This document shows positions 1 through 9,849 of a DNA stretch of 64,000 nt, piece by piece; the stretch's first letter is position 1; each line of letters opens with the position of its first letter. The DNA lies in assembly GCA_963710755.1 (NCBI GenBank), contig CAVQBK010000003.1:32001-96000 (forward strand), written 5' to 3'. Made by a program: the position numbers and the translations under genes. The DNA comes from an uncultured bacterium. Its GTDB lineage: Bacteria > Oederibacteriota > JAAXVQ01 > JAUVAV01. Under the pieces are notes generated by a model. That model made no database searches. It was not told the DNA's origin and worked only from the letters and a program-made list of their open reading frames with translations.

Positions 1-396
1 TTTGCCATTGCTGTCAAACACCTGAATTCTGTGATTCCAGGTGTCGGCCACATAGATATTGCCGTCCGGGCCGACATCAATGCCGCCCGGCGTTTTGAAC
101 TGGCCTTCACCGTCACCTTCTTTACCCCAGGCTTTGACAAACTTACCCTGGCTATTGAATTTTTGAATGCAGTTGTTGCCGCCGTCCACCACATAAACAA
201 ACCCCTTGGCATCCACGGCCGCATTGCGGGGTGCATTTAAAACCCCTTTGACTTGGGCATTCTGGACGGAACCCTTGGCCTGCGCGCCGGCGGCACCACC
301 CAGTTTGCCGCTTTTCAGGCCAAAGAAAATAGCCATGCCCAAAATAACCACTGCAGCACCCAACACGATGGCTGCCACTTTTTCCTGTTGTCGCAT
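1..396 (-). CDS. Membrane-anchored NHL-repeat beta-propeller protein (3' end runs off the window; absent from ORF track)
   Basis: ATG at 396 with AGGAGG RBS. Translation MRQQEKVAAIVLGAAVVILGMAIFFG (TM anchor) then PRNAAVDAKGFVYVVDGGNNCIQKF and PGGIDVGPDGNIYVADTWNHRIQVF, which are NHL repeats. Confidence 0.85.
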   Translation of the reverse strand, partial: MRQQEKVAAIVLGAAVVILGMAIFFGLKSGKLGGAAGAQAKGSVQNAQVKGVLNAPRNAAVDAKGFVYVVDGGNNCIQKFNSQGKFVKAWGKEGDGEGQFKTPGGIDVGPDGNIYVADTWNHRIQVFDSNGK

Positions 397-493
397 GTCA
401 TCCTCCTTGATTGATGTCTTTATCTTTATCTTCTGACAGGGACGATTTTTTTGCCCCTACGCCGTTAATACGCTATTGCCGGCTCTGCCCGCA

Positions 494-2440
494 TTAATCC
501 GCCTGACTCCAGTACAGGTGCTCCACATCCTTGCGGATATAAACAATCATGTCATAGGAACCCAACCCGCTCCAGGGCTCGCGGTACATAATCAGCCGCC
601 AGATTTTTTTAATTTTGCCATCCAGGGTATCGGTGAAAAAGGCCCGGCTGTCCGGCGCCCACCACACCCTGAGCTTATAACGCTGGGCCACATAATCCTG
701 GGCCAGCAGCTGGGCCACCCGGTCATCATGGCCAGGTGCCGCCATCTCCACCCCGGAGATGATAATCGGATTCTTTTCAATGGTGCCTTCAGCCTGGGTG
801 GCTGTAAACTTGGGATAGCCCACATGCTTAAAATCGCGCAGATACCAGGCAAAGGGCCAGGAGCAGTAATCTTCCACCGTGATGTTCATGTCCAGGTTGC
901 CCTTGAGGCGCAGGGACATGTTTTTAAGCTGCTTGACCACTTGGGGCACATCGGTGGACGTCTGCACATACACCAGCAGTTCCGCGGGGTTGGCACCATC
1001 CCCGTAGAAATTAACCATGGCCGTGTTGTGTACCATTACCGTAAGCAGCAGAATGAAGACCGTCATTACCACCATCCGGTATTTAACCGCACGCTGCCAG
1101 AGCTCACCCAAAAAGGTGCCCGTGAGCAGCATCATAGGCAGCAGCGGATGTAAGATCAGCCAGGGCATGCGTTCGCCGGCAAAAGAATAATCGCAAAAAG
1201 CAGCCACTGTCCAGAGCATGAGAAAGGTTTTGAACAAGCCCATTTCACTGAAGGAAAAATAAGCCAGCAGGCCTGAACCCAATATCACCAGCAGCAACGT
1301 GAAGATCAGTCCAAAGGTCTCGTGGCCTTGCAGGGTAAACAGCCACCAGGCCGCCCCCAGAATCACATAGGCCAGAAGTCGCCAGGCCCGGTTCTGCCGG
1401 CCTTTGATGAAACTGTAATACACCAAGCCCGCGATGGCACCGAGAAACGCCAGGGTCTCATACAGCGGAATCAGGCCGGCGTAAAAATAAACCGGCTGGC
1501 TGCCCCGCTGCACCTCATGCTGGCCCAGCCAATAAGTGAGTGAAGCACTAAAGGCATCCATAAAGCCCTTGGGATAGGTAAACACCGTGGTATAGAGTAC
1601 CGCCACAATGCCGAAGAAAAAGGCCAGCCCCAGATAAAGAGGTTTGCGGTCCTGCCCCAGCTGCTGGAGCGCACCGGCCACCAACAGTTCCCCCTTTGGT
1701 TTGAGGGTGTATTCCCACAACCATCGGAAGAAAAGAAAGGTGAATATAATGACGCCCGTAATATAAGTATTTTCCTTGGTGGCAAAAGACAGTCCCAGGC
1801 CTATGGCACTTATATATAAAAATTTGTTTTGCTTGCTCTGCAGGTAGTTGATAAGCCCGTAAACCATGACCATGGTAAAGGCGGCGATGTAAATGTCATT
1901 GCGGATAAAGCGGCCAAAATAGGTGAAGGACGGCGATAGGGCAATCATCGCGCCTGTAAACAGCGCCCCGGTTTTGCCCAGCCAGGGCCGCAGCAAATAG
2001 ACCATCACCAGCACCAGCAGCCCCGACAAGGCGGGCATGATCCGGGCTGTATAATTGGAGGCTCCCAGCAAGTAATACATGAGAGCATTAAAATGAAACA
2101 GGAAAGGCCCGTGCATCATGGGATTGTATTTATAACCCATACCTTTAAACAGTTCCCATGAATAATAAGCGTGCAGACTTTCATCATGATGGAGTGGTTT
2201 GTCACCCAACTTCAGAAAGAGCAGTACGGCTGCCACCAGGAAAATAGCAAGCCAGAATAAATTTTCCCTGGTCCACCAGGAGGCGGCTACCAGCGGTGCG
2301 CTGACCTGATGCTGTGATGAGACCGGAGCCGGTGTAACCTGTATAGGATTGGATTTTTCCTGGTGGATTAATTTGGTGCCGCAGGAATCACAAAAACGGT
2401 TGGCTGCAGGGTTCTCCGCCCCGCATTTGGGACACTTCAC
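494..2440 (-). CDS. GT-C fold membrane glycosyltransferase, TIGR03663/Agl23-like, with N-terminal zinc ribbon
   Basis: LHHDESLHAYYSW...Y.YNPMMHGP motif, RFIRND, KEN, YVQTS, WPFAWYLR; many TM segments; N-terminal CPKCG-x8-CDSCG; GTG start with AGGAGG RBS. Confidence 0.8.
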   Translation of the reverse strand: MKCPKCGAENPAANRFCDSCGTKLIHQEKSNPIQVTPAPVSSQHQVSAPLVAASWWTRENLFWLAIFLVAAVLLFLKLGDKPLHHDESLHAYYSWELFKGMGYKYNPMMHGPFLFHFNALMYYLLGASNYTARIMPALSGLLVLVMVYLLRPWLGKTGALFTGAMIALSPSFTYFGRFIRNDIYIAAFTMVMVYGLINYLQSKQNKFLYISAIGLGLSFATKENTYITGVIIFTFLFFRWLWEYTLKPKGELLVAGALQQLGQDRKPLYLGLAFFFGIVAVLYTTVFTYPKGFMDAFSASLTYWLGQHEVQRGSQPVYFYAGLIPLYETLAFLGAIAGLVYYSFIKGRQNRAWRLLAYVILGAAWWLFTLQGHETFGLIFTLLLVILGSGLLAYFSFSEMGLFKTFLMLWTVAAFCDYSFAGERMPWLILHPLLPMMLLTGTFLGELWQRAVKYRMVVMTVFILLLTVMVHNTAMVNFYGDGANPAELLVYVQTSTDVPQVVKQLKNMSLRLKGNLDMNITVEDYCSWPFAWYLRDFKHVGYPKFTATQAEGTIEKNPIIISGVEMAAPGHDDRVAQLLAQDYVAQRYKLRVWWAPDSRAFFTDTLDGKIKKIWRLIMYREPWSGLGSYDMIVYIRKDVEHLYWSQAD

Positions 2441-2473
2441 GTATGGCCTCCTTGGAGATCAACACTATTTTGG

Positions 2474-2505
2474 ATGCAGGGGCTCAAAATTTTCAGCCCC
2501 TGCAT
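2474..2505. repeat. REP-like palindrome
   Basis: ATGCAGGGGCT-caaaattttc-AGCCCCTGCAT, perfect 11-bp inverted repeat resembling GTAGGGGC-type REPs. Confidence 0.6.
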
Positions 2506-2535
2506 TATTAAGCTAAGCCGGAATAAATATTTTGT

Positions 2536-2613
2536 CTCACGTCAAGCTGTGAAGCTCGCAAAATTTTAAATAAGAATTAATATTTTTTGCTTTGCTTGGC
2601 GGCTTGGCGTGAG
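2536..2613. repeat. MITE/REP-like inverted repeat (CTTGGCGGCTTGGCG family), copy 1
   Basis: CTCACGTCAAGCTGTGAAGC ... GCTTGGCGGCTTGGCGTGAG around an AT-rich core; same family as 49803-49903. Confidence 0.65.
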
Positions 2614-2662
2614 TTATTTTTTTGAAAAAAACGTGGATCCTGTTTACGCCGTTTCTAATCTT

Positions 2663-5074
2663 TTACCGCCGCTGATAAATTTTCACCCCGTCCTGGTCAT
2701 ACACCCGTTGCATGAACGCGCCAAATTTATCTAGCGCGGCCGTGCCGTATTTTTGTTTTTCCAGAGTGCCTACAAAAACATAAGTCACCTTATAACGTTT
2801 CAGTAAGCGTTGCGCTTGCGCCTGATCATGGGTGGAATAAATCGTCTCAATATCCGGAATGCGTTTGCCCGGTTCATCGTAATTGCCCCGCCATTGCAGC
2901 TCATGGCCCCCCCAACCCAGCACTGTCGGCAGGCCGGTAAAAGTGGAGACCCGGGCAAAATCAGTGTATTCACCGCCTGTGGCTTCTAAAACCACGGGAT
3001 TGCCTTGGGCATGCCGGCGCAGCCAGTTGATGGCTCGCCGGTCCGGGGCGTAACTCATCTGGAGGTAAGCCGATCCGTCCAATGTGGGAAGGTTGCCGAA
3101 ATAACTGGTTTTGATCATAGCGCCGGCATAGGAATAAACCGAAGCCGCCAGCACCAACAATACCAGAGGTACGGCCCAACCCAGTTTCACCTGTGACGGT
3201 TTTAAGCTATTGGTCAGAATCCAATAGAGACCGTAGGTCGCAGACATACCCAGTAAAAACCAGGTCATATAATAGAACTTGAACACTGTATTCATCCGGT
3301 CCAAGGGCGGATTAAAGGTATCATTGATGTGCAGAAATTCGCAACCGAAAAGCAGGAGAAAGGCCGTGACCAGCATACAATAGGTAAACACTGTTTCCGG
3401 AGCCTCAATCTTGGTAGCCAGCAGCAGACTCACCGCCAATACTGCCAGCAGGCTCAGGCCCATGACCCAAGGGATGGGGTTGGCACTGCCATGGCCATAG
3501 GTCAGGGCTTTAAGCCCCATCATGACCACCACCACGGTCAGTGCGGTGAGCACCACGGTCATGGCGGAGGCAGGTTTCTTTTGCTGCCAATAAGCCAGGG
3601 GATTAAGCAAAAATAAAAAAATGGCTCTGACCCCCTGAGGCACTTGTTCCCAGGGCCGGATGTACGCCGAGCCCGACGGAAGCGGTTCCAAAGGCTCTTC
3701 TGCCCGGTGGCCGCAGTTTCCACAAATTAATTTACCTTCGCGCAGTTTGGTACCGCAGGCCGAACAATAAGCAATGGTTCGCTTCGGTTTGAACGTTGTT
3801 CCAGGGACAGGCGGATGGAGAATGGCCCCAAACCAATGAGCATAACGCAGGCCGAGAAAACTCACGACCACATAGAGCATGGGCCCGAAAATCAACAGCA
3901 GCTCACTGATCTTAGTATTTTGAGTGGTTAAGGCCAGGCCCTTGGCTTGGCTGTGAAAATGCATATAAAAAGGAAGAAAAGGAACAATGGCCACCAGCAG
4001 GATAAGGCCCAGCGCCTGGGCCAGATCTTTCCAGGGCATGGTCTTCAGTGACTGGCGCTGGCGGTATTGCTGAAAAAAGAAGACCAGCATGGCCATAAAA
4101 AATAGGGAAGGCATATCCCAGCTGTTGATAAACCCCAAAGCCCCTATGACCAGTCCCCACAAGCCCAGGCTACTGACTTGGGCCAAAGTCTTGGGCGCCA
4201 CCTCGCGTTCTTCTGATTTAAGGTGGTTAAGGGCCAACCCCAGGGCAATCATAATATAAGGAACCGCCAACATGTGGGGATGCATGTCCCCCAGCAAATA
4301 GGAAAAGAAAGGAAACTCGTTGATGGTATCTGGAATCACCCGCGAAGGTGTCCACCAGTTAAAATTGGCCATACTCTTGTTGACCAGTACCTGCTTGAAA
4401 CCGTCCAGATTGCCTATTAAATATAGGAAGGCCCATCCGCCTGCAGCATAACGCAATTTTTTCGTCAGATTGTAAAGCAGACCAAAGGCCCCCAGACCGG
4501 ACAAGGCATAGAGCAGGGACAAGGATAAGTTAAATCCCACGGCCGGCGCGATGCCTGTCAATTTAACCATCAGGGCCATCAGTAAATAGCCAAAGTAATA
4601 ATAGCTGATATAAAAATGCTGACCCGCCAACCAGGGATCATAAGGCGGCATCGCGGGTGTGCGGGTCAAAGCATTTAAAAAAGCCAAGTCCATGAATTTT
4701 TCCGTACCCAAGATCTCGGGATTGTGCATTCTGAAGAAAATAAAGCCCAGGAATAAAAAAAGAAAGAACAGTTCGTAAACCAAAATCAAGCCAAGGTGGG
4801 TTTTAAACCAGGAGGTAATCAGTTCCTGATGCTGCCTCCAGATCCAATAGGACAGGCCTGCCAGCAACAACAGAGCCAGACTGATGGTGACATTGGAAAA
4901 AGCAATAAATCCCATGAGCCAGCTAAGCAACCCCGTCAACAGCAAGCCTAATGGTTTGGCAAATCCAAGGCCACGGTCCGGAAGATTCGGGAAAGCTTTT
5001 ATGGTGATAGGAATTGTAATGAATCCGATCATGGTGATCAAAAACCACCACATCGTGATTCCCACTAACTGCAT
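2663..5074 (-). CDS. DUF2298 / 'YYY' family GT-C-like membrane protein with internal zinc ribbon
   Basis: GTEKFMD..F.NA...MPPYDPWLAG...ISYYYFGY, SRVIPDTINEFPFFS.LLGD.HPH, NSWD, RMNTVFKFY, TGLPTVLGW.GHE.QWR; likely start at ATG 5074 after a G-rich RBS. Confidence 0.85.
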   Translation of the reverse strand: MQLVGITMWWFLITMIGFITIPITIKAFPNLPDRGLGFAKPLGLLLTGLLSWLMGFIAFSNVTISLALLLLAGLSYWIWRQHQELITSWFKTHLGLILVYELFFLFLFLGFIFFRMHNPEILGTEKFMDLAFLNALTRTPAMPPYDPWLAGQHFYISYYYFGYLLMALMVKLTGIAPAVGFNLSLSLLYALSGLGAFGLLYNLTKKLRYAAGGWAFLYLIGNLDGFKQVLVNKSMANFNWWTPSRVIPDTINEFPFFSYLLGDMHPHMLAVPYIMIALGLALNHLKSEEREVAPKTLAQVSSLGLWGLVIGALGFINSWDMPSLFFMAMLVFFFQQYRQRQSLKTMPWKDLAQALGLILLVAIVPFLPFYMHFHSQAKGLALTTQNTKISELLLIFGPMLYVVVSFLGLRYAHWFGAILHPPVPGTTFKPKRTIAYCSACGTKLREGKLICGNCGHRAEEPLEPLPSGSAYIRPWEQVPQGVRAIFLFLLNPLAYWQQKKPASAMTVVLTALTVVVVMMGLKALTYGHGSANPIPWVMGLSLLAVLAVSLLLATKIEAPETVFTYCMLVTAFLLLFGCEFLHINDTFNPPLDRMNTVFKFYYMTWFLLGMSATYGLYWILTNSLKPSQVKLGWAVPLVLLVLAASVYSYAGAMIKTSYFGNLPTLDGSAYLQMSYAPDRRAINWLRRHAQGNPVVLEATGGEYTDFARVSTFTGLPTVLGWGGHELQWRGNYDEPGKRIPDIETIYSTHDQAQAQRLLKRYKVTYVFVGTLEKQKYGTAALDKFGAFMQRVYDQDGVKIYQRR

Positions 5075-5323
5075 GTCGTTTCCCCCCTGCATGTCAGGAA
5101 CAACGCTTGTAAACTTTGCGACAGCGCCACTGCTGATATTTGCGCCTTAGGCCGCAGTCATTGCATTTTCTTTGGAAATTGACAAAGTAACTATTTTTGC
5201 ACAATAATTTCAGCAATTATAGGAGTCCTCTAATTGAATGTCAACATGATTCCCCCACTCGTGGTACTCCACCGTCCTATCCGGTCCATGACTGATGCGT
5301 TACCAGCCTGATTGCTTTTCCCT

Positions 5324-5351
5324 TTGATCCTTAGCCTGCTCAGCGTATAAT
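5324..5351 (+). promoter_or_regulatory. Putative sigma70 promoter
   Basis: TTGATC-N16-TATAAT upstream of the 5382 CDS. Confidence 0.45.
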
Positions 5352-5381
5352 GCTGGCAAAAAACATGAGGATGAACCGCCT

Positions 5382-7628
5382 TTGCTCATAAAATCCAAAG
5401 CTTCATATCATACGGCGTCTTTAAGACGGTCACGCTGGGACCTTTGGTTAATACCCGCTTATTTTTTTCTCTGTATCATCTCCTCCTGGCATCTGGTCAG
5501 TTCCGATTTAACCAACGGCCTGTCCACGGAAATGATCCTCAGTGCCCAAACCTTGGGCATCAGCCAGACACCGGGCATGGCCGTTTATCTGGCGGTCTCC
5601 AAATTACTGCACTACCTGCTCCCAGTTCAAAATCTGGTGCTCAATTATGGTTATCTTAGCCTGCTGTTCACGGTCGCGGCCGGGTTGTTGGTGTATTTAA
5701 CTGGCCGGCAATTGCATTATCCGCCTGTGGTGAGCTTTTCATCGGCCTTGATTTTCTTTTATTCACCGCTCATCTGGAAGACAGCGCTGTTGCCCCATCA
5801 TTTCCCGGCCGATGTGCTTATCCTTACAGTTACTGTGCTGCTGACCATCAGGTTTATCACCCTGACCCGCCGCGCCTGGTTAATGGGTAATCTCGTACTC
5901 TGGGCTGCAACCTGCGGGCTGACCGCCACCCAGGACATTGCCTTTTTGCCCTGGGGCCTGGCCTTGTTTGTTCTAGGATTGAGTGTGGGATTGCCGCGAC
6001 TACGCGCCTTAGGCCTCCATTATCTGACCGCCTTTCTCATTTTCACGGCCGCTGCCTTGCTGCCGGTGTTTTACCTGCCTCTGCGCCTCACGGCCGGCCA
6101 TGTTTTCTTCAACAGCGATTATGTTTATCAGTACGCCACCTTGGCTCGCCATTGGTCCTGGTCTCGGTTGTTGGCATGGCTCGTTTGGTACATGACCGGC
6201 GGACACCACCCGGTGTTTTGGTTCCAGACCTATGCGCCTTCCATGATGGCCTTGGGTGGACAGCTATGGACTTTTTTAAAGACCTACCCTTTTATGCCCT
6301 TGACCATCATGCTGCTGGGGCTGTTGTCCAATGTGAAAACCATTTTTGTCAAACAGCGCCATCCTGCTGCCAGAGGTATGGATCATCCCGGCCGGCTGCT
6401 AATTGCCCTGTTGCCCCTGATCGCCATAGGCGGATCAGTGATGCTGTTACCCAATCTTAAATTGCCTCTTACCTTGGGCCTCACCCTCGGCGGCACCTAT
6501 TGGAGTTTGCGTGGCTTGGAGTTCTGTTATTACCAACTTGGTCAAAGCGCCGTGGACTTGGCCAAGGGCAAACGCCTTAAACCCACGGCGTTTGCTCTGT
6601 TTGTGGTCTTGGTGGTGCCGGTGTTCAGTTTTCTCCATACCTATTTAGACCTCAAGCATCAGATTCGCCATGCGGCCAACCAGGACAGTAACCTCTATCA
6701 GGCCCAGCGGCTTTTGAGCCGGCTGCCGGCCCGGTCGGTGCTGGTCTTCCCGCACGCGGAAAGTAGTTTTCTTTTCCAGTATTGTCAGCGCCAACTAGGT
6801 CTTGCTCCGGAGATGATGATTGTCCCCTTTTCCTATCATTGGCCTGAAGTCCCCTACCAGGGACCGTCCTTGCTTAAAGGTTTTTACCGCCAGGGCAAAG
6901 GCAACCAGCAGCACCGGCTTCTATATATGGCTTATTGGACGCGCCAACTGAACCGTTATCTGGCCCAGGGACGGCCGGTGTATTTTTTAAGCCATGTCCA
7001 AAATCCTGATCCGGTATTCGATTATTTCCTTCAATCTTTTCATTTACAGGAAGCAGCCACGCCTTTACATATTTGGTACCGGTTTCTCACCTCCCGGTCC
7101 CTGAGCATCTACCAGGTCAGTTCTTTGCCTGTCCCCGCGCGGGTAAGCTACGCTCCGGTCGGGGCCAAGCCGCTGGGTACATTCAACGAGGCGGTGGCCA
7201 TCACCCAGGCTACGCTGATGCCCCTGGAAATTAACCGACCCGACAGGCCTTTGTTCCATTGCAGGTTGAGCTGGCTGATACAGCGGCCGATAGGAGAAGA
7301 ACAATTGTATGTGCAATTTCAGGTCCTCCCCTTACGGGGGGCGCCCAAGCTAAAAATGCTCGATGGGCAGTGGAAGAGATGGCGCACCATACGCCGTCTG
7401 GGCCCGGGGCGTTTGCTCAACCGCATCAATCCCCAGGGACACTTTGATCAAACCTATCAATTGGCCATCCCCACGCGCTTGCTGCCGGGGACTTATCAAC
7501 TTCAGGTCTCGGTGATTAATCCCAAGACCAAAGAACGGTTGTCAGCGGGTGAAGCAGGGACCAAGGCAACTTATTTTTTAACCTTGGACACCTTTGAGAT
7601 TACCGCCTCAGGGCTGGAACGGCCGTAA
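5382..7628 (+). CDS. Polytopic membrane protein, divergent DUF2723/TMEM260-like GT-C glycosyltransferase
   Basis: E.I.SAQTLGISQTPG.AVY resembles the DUF2723 LGIxHPPGYP motif; about 10 TM segments, then a soluble domain ending L.IP..L.PG.Y.L.V. Confidence 0.55.
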   Translation: MLIKSKASYHTASLRRSRWDLWLIPAYFFLCIISSWHLVSSDLTNGLSTEMILSAQTLGISQTPGMAVYLAVSKLLHYLLPVQNLVLNYGYLSLLFTVAAGLLVYLTGRQLHYPPVVSFSSALIFFYSPLIWKTALLPHHFPADVLILTVTVLLTIRFITLTRRAWLMGNLVLWAATCGLTATQDIAFLPWGLALFVLGLSVGLPRLRALGLHYLTAFLIFTAAALLPVFYLPLRLTAGHVFFNSDYVYQYATLARHWSWSRLLAWLVWYMTGGHHPVFWFQTYAPSMMALGGQLWTFLKTYPFMPLTIMLLGLLSNVKTIFVKQRHPAARGMDHPGRLLIALLPLIAIGGSVMLLPNLKLPLTLGLTLGGTYWSLRGLEFCYYQLGQSAVDLAKGKRLKPTAFALFVVLVVPVFSFLHTYLDLKHQIRHAANQDSNLYQAQRLLSRLPARSVLVFPHAESSFLFQYCQRQLGLAPEMMIVPFSYHWPEVPYQGPSLLKGFYRQGKGNQQHRLLYMAYWTRQLNRYLAQGRPVYFLSHVQNPDPVFDYFLQSFHLQEAATPLHIWYRFLTSRSLSIYQVSSLPVPARVSYAPVGAKPLGTFNEAVAITQATLMPLEINRPDRPLFHCRLSWLIQRPIGEEQLYVQFQVLPLRGAPKLKMLDGQWKRWRTIRRLGPGRLLNRINPQGHFDQTYQLAIPTRLLPGTYQLQVSVINPKTKERLSAGEAGTKATYFLTLDTFEITASGLERP

Positions 7629-8914
7629 AATTTTTTAATCGCCACGCCTTTGAAGTAATGCTGCAAGATGGCCACATAGTCAAACCCATGCTGCGCCATG
7701 CCGCGCGCACCCCACTGACATAGCCCTACGCCATGACCCAGGCCATGGCCCACGATTTTTAGCTGTCCGCTATGAACGGCAATGGTATAAAAATTGCCCA
7801 ACAATTTTCTTTTATGATACGCCTTATTGATCATACCCCGGAAGGCATTGCCGGAAATGATTTTCTCTCCGGCGGCCGTAACCAATTTGACTTTCAATAC
7901 ACGTCCGGATCGGTTCACAAAATAGACCTGCACGTCCTGGAGTTTTTCCGCCTTGCCCAGCTGATGGTCCTTTTTTAATAACCGTTCCATACGCGCCACC
8001 GTGGTTAAGAAGGTCCACTGGTAATAGGGCGAACTTGCGCAGTAGGGACGATGGTCGGGCTGCCAGCGATCTTCCACCCGCACCAGATGGGATTGCAAAG
8101 GACCGGCCCACACTTCATTGACGAACACCGTATTGCCGCCACAGGTACTATGATAAAAGGCATCGACAATTTTATTATTGATGGAGAGCACTTCACCCAT
8201 GGTCATCTTGGCGGCCGCCTCGGCGCGGGGGGATAACAATCTTCTTCCCCGGTATACCTGGCAGTGAGGACCGTCGCAAAAATTATAGCCAAAGCGTAAA
8301 TGCCGGCGGCGGTTGCGCAGCGCCCAGGTCCTGGCCACCACGGCCTGTGCTTTCAGCGACTCCAAAGTAAAATGATTGGGATCCATTTCAGCGGGCACCA
8401 CCCGGGCGATGTAGGCCTCCATCGGCAATTCATTGATGACCGCCAGGCGGTTGTATTTCACCGATATCTCCCAGGCTTTGGCATCGTAGTCACGGCGCAG
8501 GCCGGTGTGAGGAAGCGCGAGGGTAAATGTTTTGCGACTCTGATCGATGGTCTGCAAACGAAGTGCATGATAGGCCGTATTGCTGTTAGTCTGCCATTGA
8601 CCGGGCTTGAAGGCCAGGAACAATTGGTCCCCATTTTTTTTTATGTAAATACGTTTGGTTTTTTCCGGAAGGGCGATGGGGTTTTCTTGGCCATCGTTTA
8701 ACTGGACTTGATTTTCCGGGATCACGAACAGGACCTCTTTAAAATAACGGTCCTTCCATACCCTGACCTTGACATCCGGTCCTGTATCCAGGGAATGCTT
8801 TTTCCAAAGTTGACTTCCCGGCGGGGGTGCAGGGGCACAACCGGCTATCATGATCGTCAGGAGCACCACCACCAGGCCTGCGGCCTTGTCACTCCGGATC
8901 AGGTCTTTAACCAC
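7571..8914 (-). CDS. SpoIID/LytB family peptidoglycan lytic transglycosylase (probable lipoprotein)
   Basis: VINELPMEAY...VVPAEM, LKAQAVVARTWA, CDGPHCQVY, FYHSTCGG.T, GHG.GHGVGLCQWGA.GMA; IAGC lipobox. Confidence 0.9.
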   Translation of the reverse strand: MVKDLIRSDKAAGLVVVLLTIMIAGCAPAPPPGSQLWKKHSLDTGPDVKVRVWKDRYFKEVLFVIPENQVQLNDGQENPIALPEKTKRIYIKKNGDQLFLAFKPGQWQTNSNTAYHALRLQTIDQSRKTFTLALPHTGLRRDYDAKAWEISVKYNRLAVINELPMEAYIARVVPAEMDPNHFTLESLKAQAVVARTWALRNRRRHLRFGYNFCDGPHCQVYRGRRLLSPRAEAAAKMTMGEVLSINNKIVDAFYHSTCGGNTVFVNEVWAGPLQSHLVRVEDRWQPDHRPYCASSPYYQWTFLTTVARMERLLKKDHQLGKAEKLQDVQVYFVNRSGRVLKVKLVTAAGEKIISGNAFRGMINKAYHKRKLLGNFYTIAVHSGQLKIVGHGLGHGVGLCQWGARGMAQHGFDYVAILQHYFKGVAIKKFYGRSSPEAVISKVSKVKK

Positions 8915-9314
8915 GTTTTCTTTTAAGCGCCGGTTTCACTATTTTGGCGGATTTGGCCTTGGACTTATGATTCTTATTGAGAAGTACCGGTGTTTTTAAA
9001 AATCCGTTAATTTTAAAATCAGGGACTAAATTCAGAATGCTTTTTTCTTCGGGGGTCAGATCCTTGAGGATGGCGGAGAGCCGGATATTTCTGGCCACCC
9101 GCTGCAATTGATGGGCAATTTCATGTTCCTTCAAGTTGGGATTGACGGCTTTGATGCGCAAAGCGGTTTTGGAGGCCAGCATTACAGCCTGCCCAATACG
9201 TTCCACGGGATTTTGTTTAAGAATAACTTTCAAGCTTTCCGTGAAAGCACCGATATATTCCTCTATGCTTCTTGGGGTTTTTTCGTCTTCTAAAGTGGAT
9301 AAATAGCGTTTCAT
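8907..9314 (-). CDS. Hypothetical protein with basic C-terminus
   Basis: 135-aa ORF with AGGGGG RBS whose stop overlaps the spoIID start; no motif recognised. Confidence 0.6.
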   Translation of the reverse strand: MKRYLSTLEDEKTPRSIEEYIGAFTESLKVILKQNPVERIGQAVMLASKTALRIKAVNPNLKEHEIAHQLQRVARNIRLSAILKDLTPEEKSILNLVPDFKINGFLKTPVLLNKNHKSKAKSAKIVKPALKRKRG

Positions 9315-9471
9315 GAACTGCCCCCTTTGGATGTTTGGTGAAATTGACATGATCATAACATGATGCGTGCGCCACTTCATCTGAAAAATATCGGCACGTT
9401 CACTTTCAACCTATGGGGTAAGCATCATTTTTTTTATTTTTCCATTTAAGTAATCCGGTCTTTGGCACGAA

Positions 9472-9847
9472 GTCTCTGGTGTGCAACGGATTGGCGGGGG
9501 GACACAGACAGGGACGTCTGGTGCCGCTTTCACTACAACTGGGTTAAAGGCCTTCTCCGGCGAGCTGGTTTTAACCCGCCCAGTCTTAGGCTTTGGCCGG
9601 TGCTGTTCGGCCGCTCCCCTCTGCCGTTGCAACAAGTTCGTACTCTGGACTCCAGGACTTATAGGAACTGCCGCGTCAGGCCATGCCGCGCTTGCCGGCA
9701 GCACGCCCGGTGGTTACGAAGCCGGTGCGTTGGGATGGGAAGTCCTGAAACCTGTCGCTGTCCTTGGGACAGAACGACGGTCTCCCGCAGGTTGTGGTTA
9801 AAGGCCTATCGCCCCTCCTCCCCGGGCCATGGCCTGCTGCCGGAGAC
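9472..9847 (+). ncRNA. Candidate large structured ncRNA of unassigned class
   Basis: Closing stem GTCTCTGG/CCGGAGAC, several perfect 8-bp internal helices, no credible ORF, followed immediately by an intrinsic terminator. Confidence 0.6.
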
Positions 9848-9849
9848 AC

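Noticed and set aside
7571-7628. 58-bp convergent overlap as a regulatory feature
   Set aside because: Short tail-to-tail overlaps are common; nothing else supports a function.
9462-9476. Sigma54 promoter at TGGCACG
   Set aside because: The -12 TTGC element is missing.
9672-9706. SRP RNA domain IV (TCAGG...GCAGCAC)
   Set aside because: No short stem with a GNRA tetraloop between the two halves; kept only as part of the unknown RNA.
9736-9785. RNase P RNA (GGGAAGTCC ... ACAGAAC look-alikes)
   Set aside because: The motifs are only ~30 nt apart and cannot form P4; the canonical GAGGAAAGTCC is absent.
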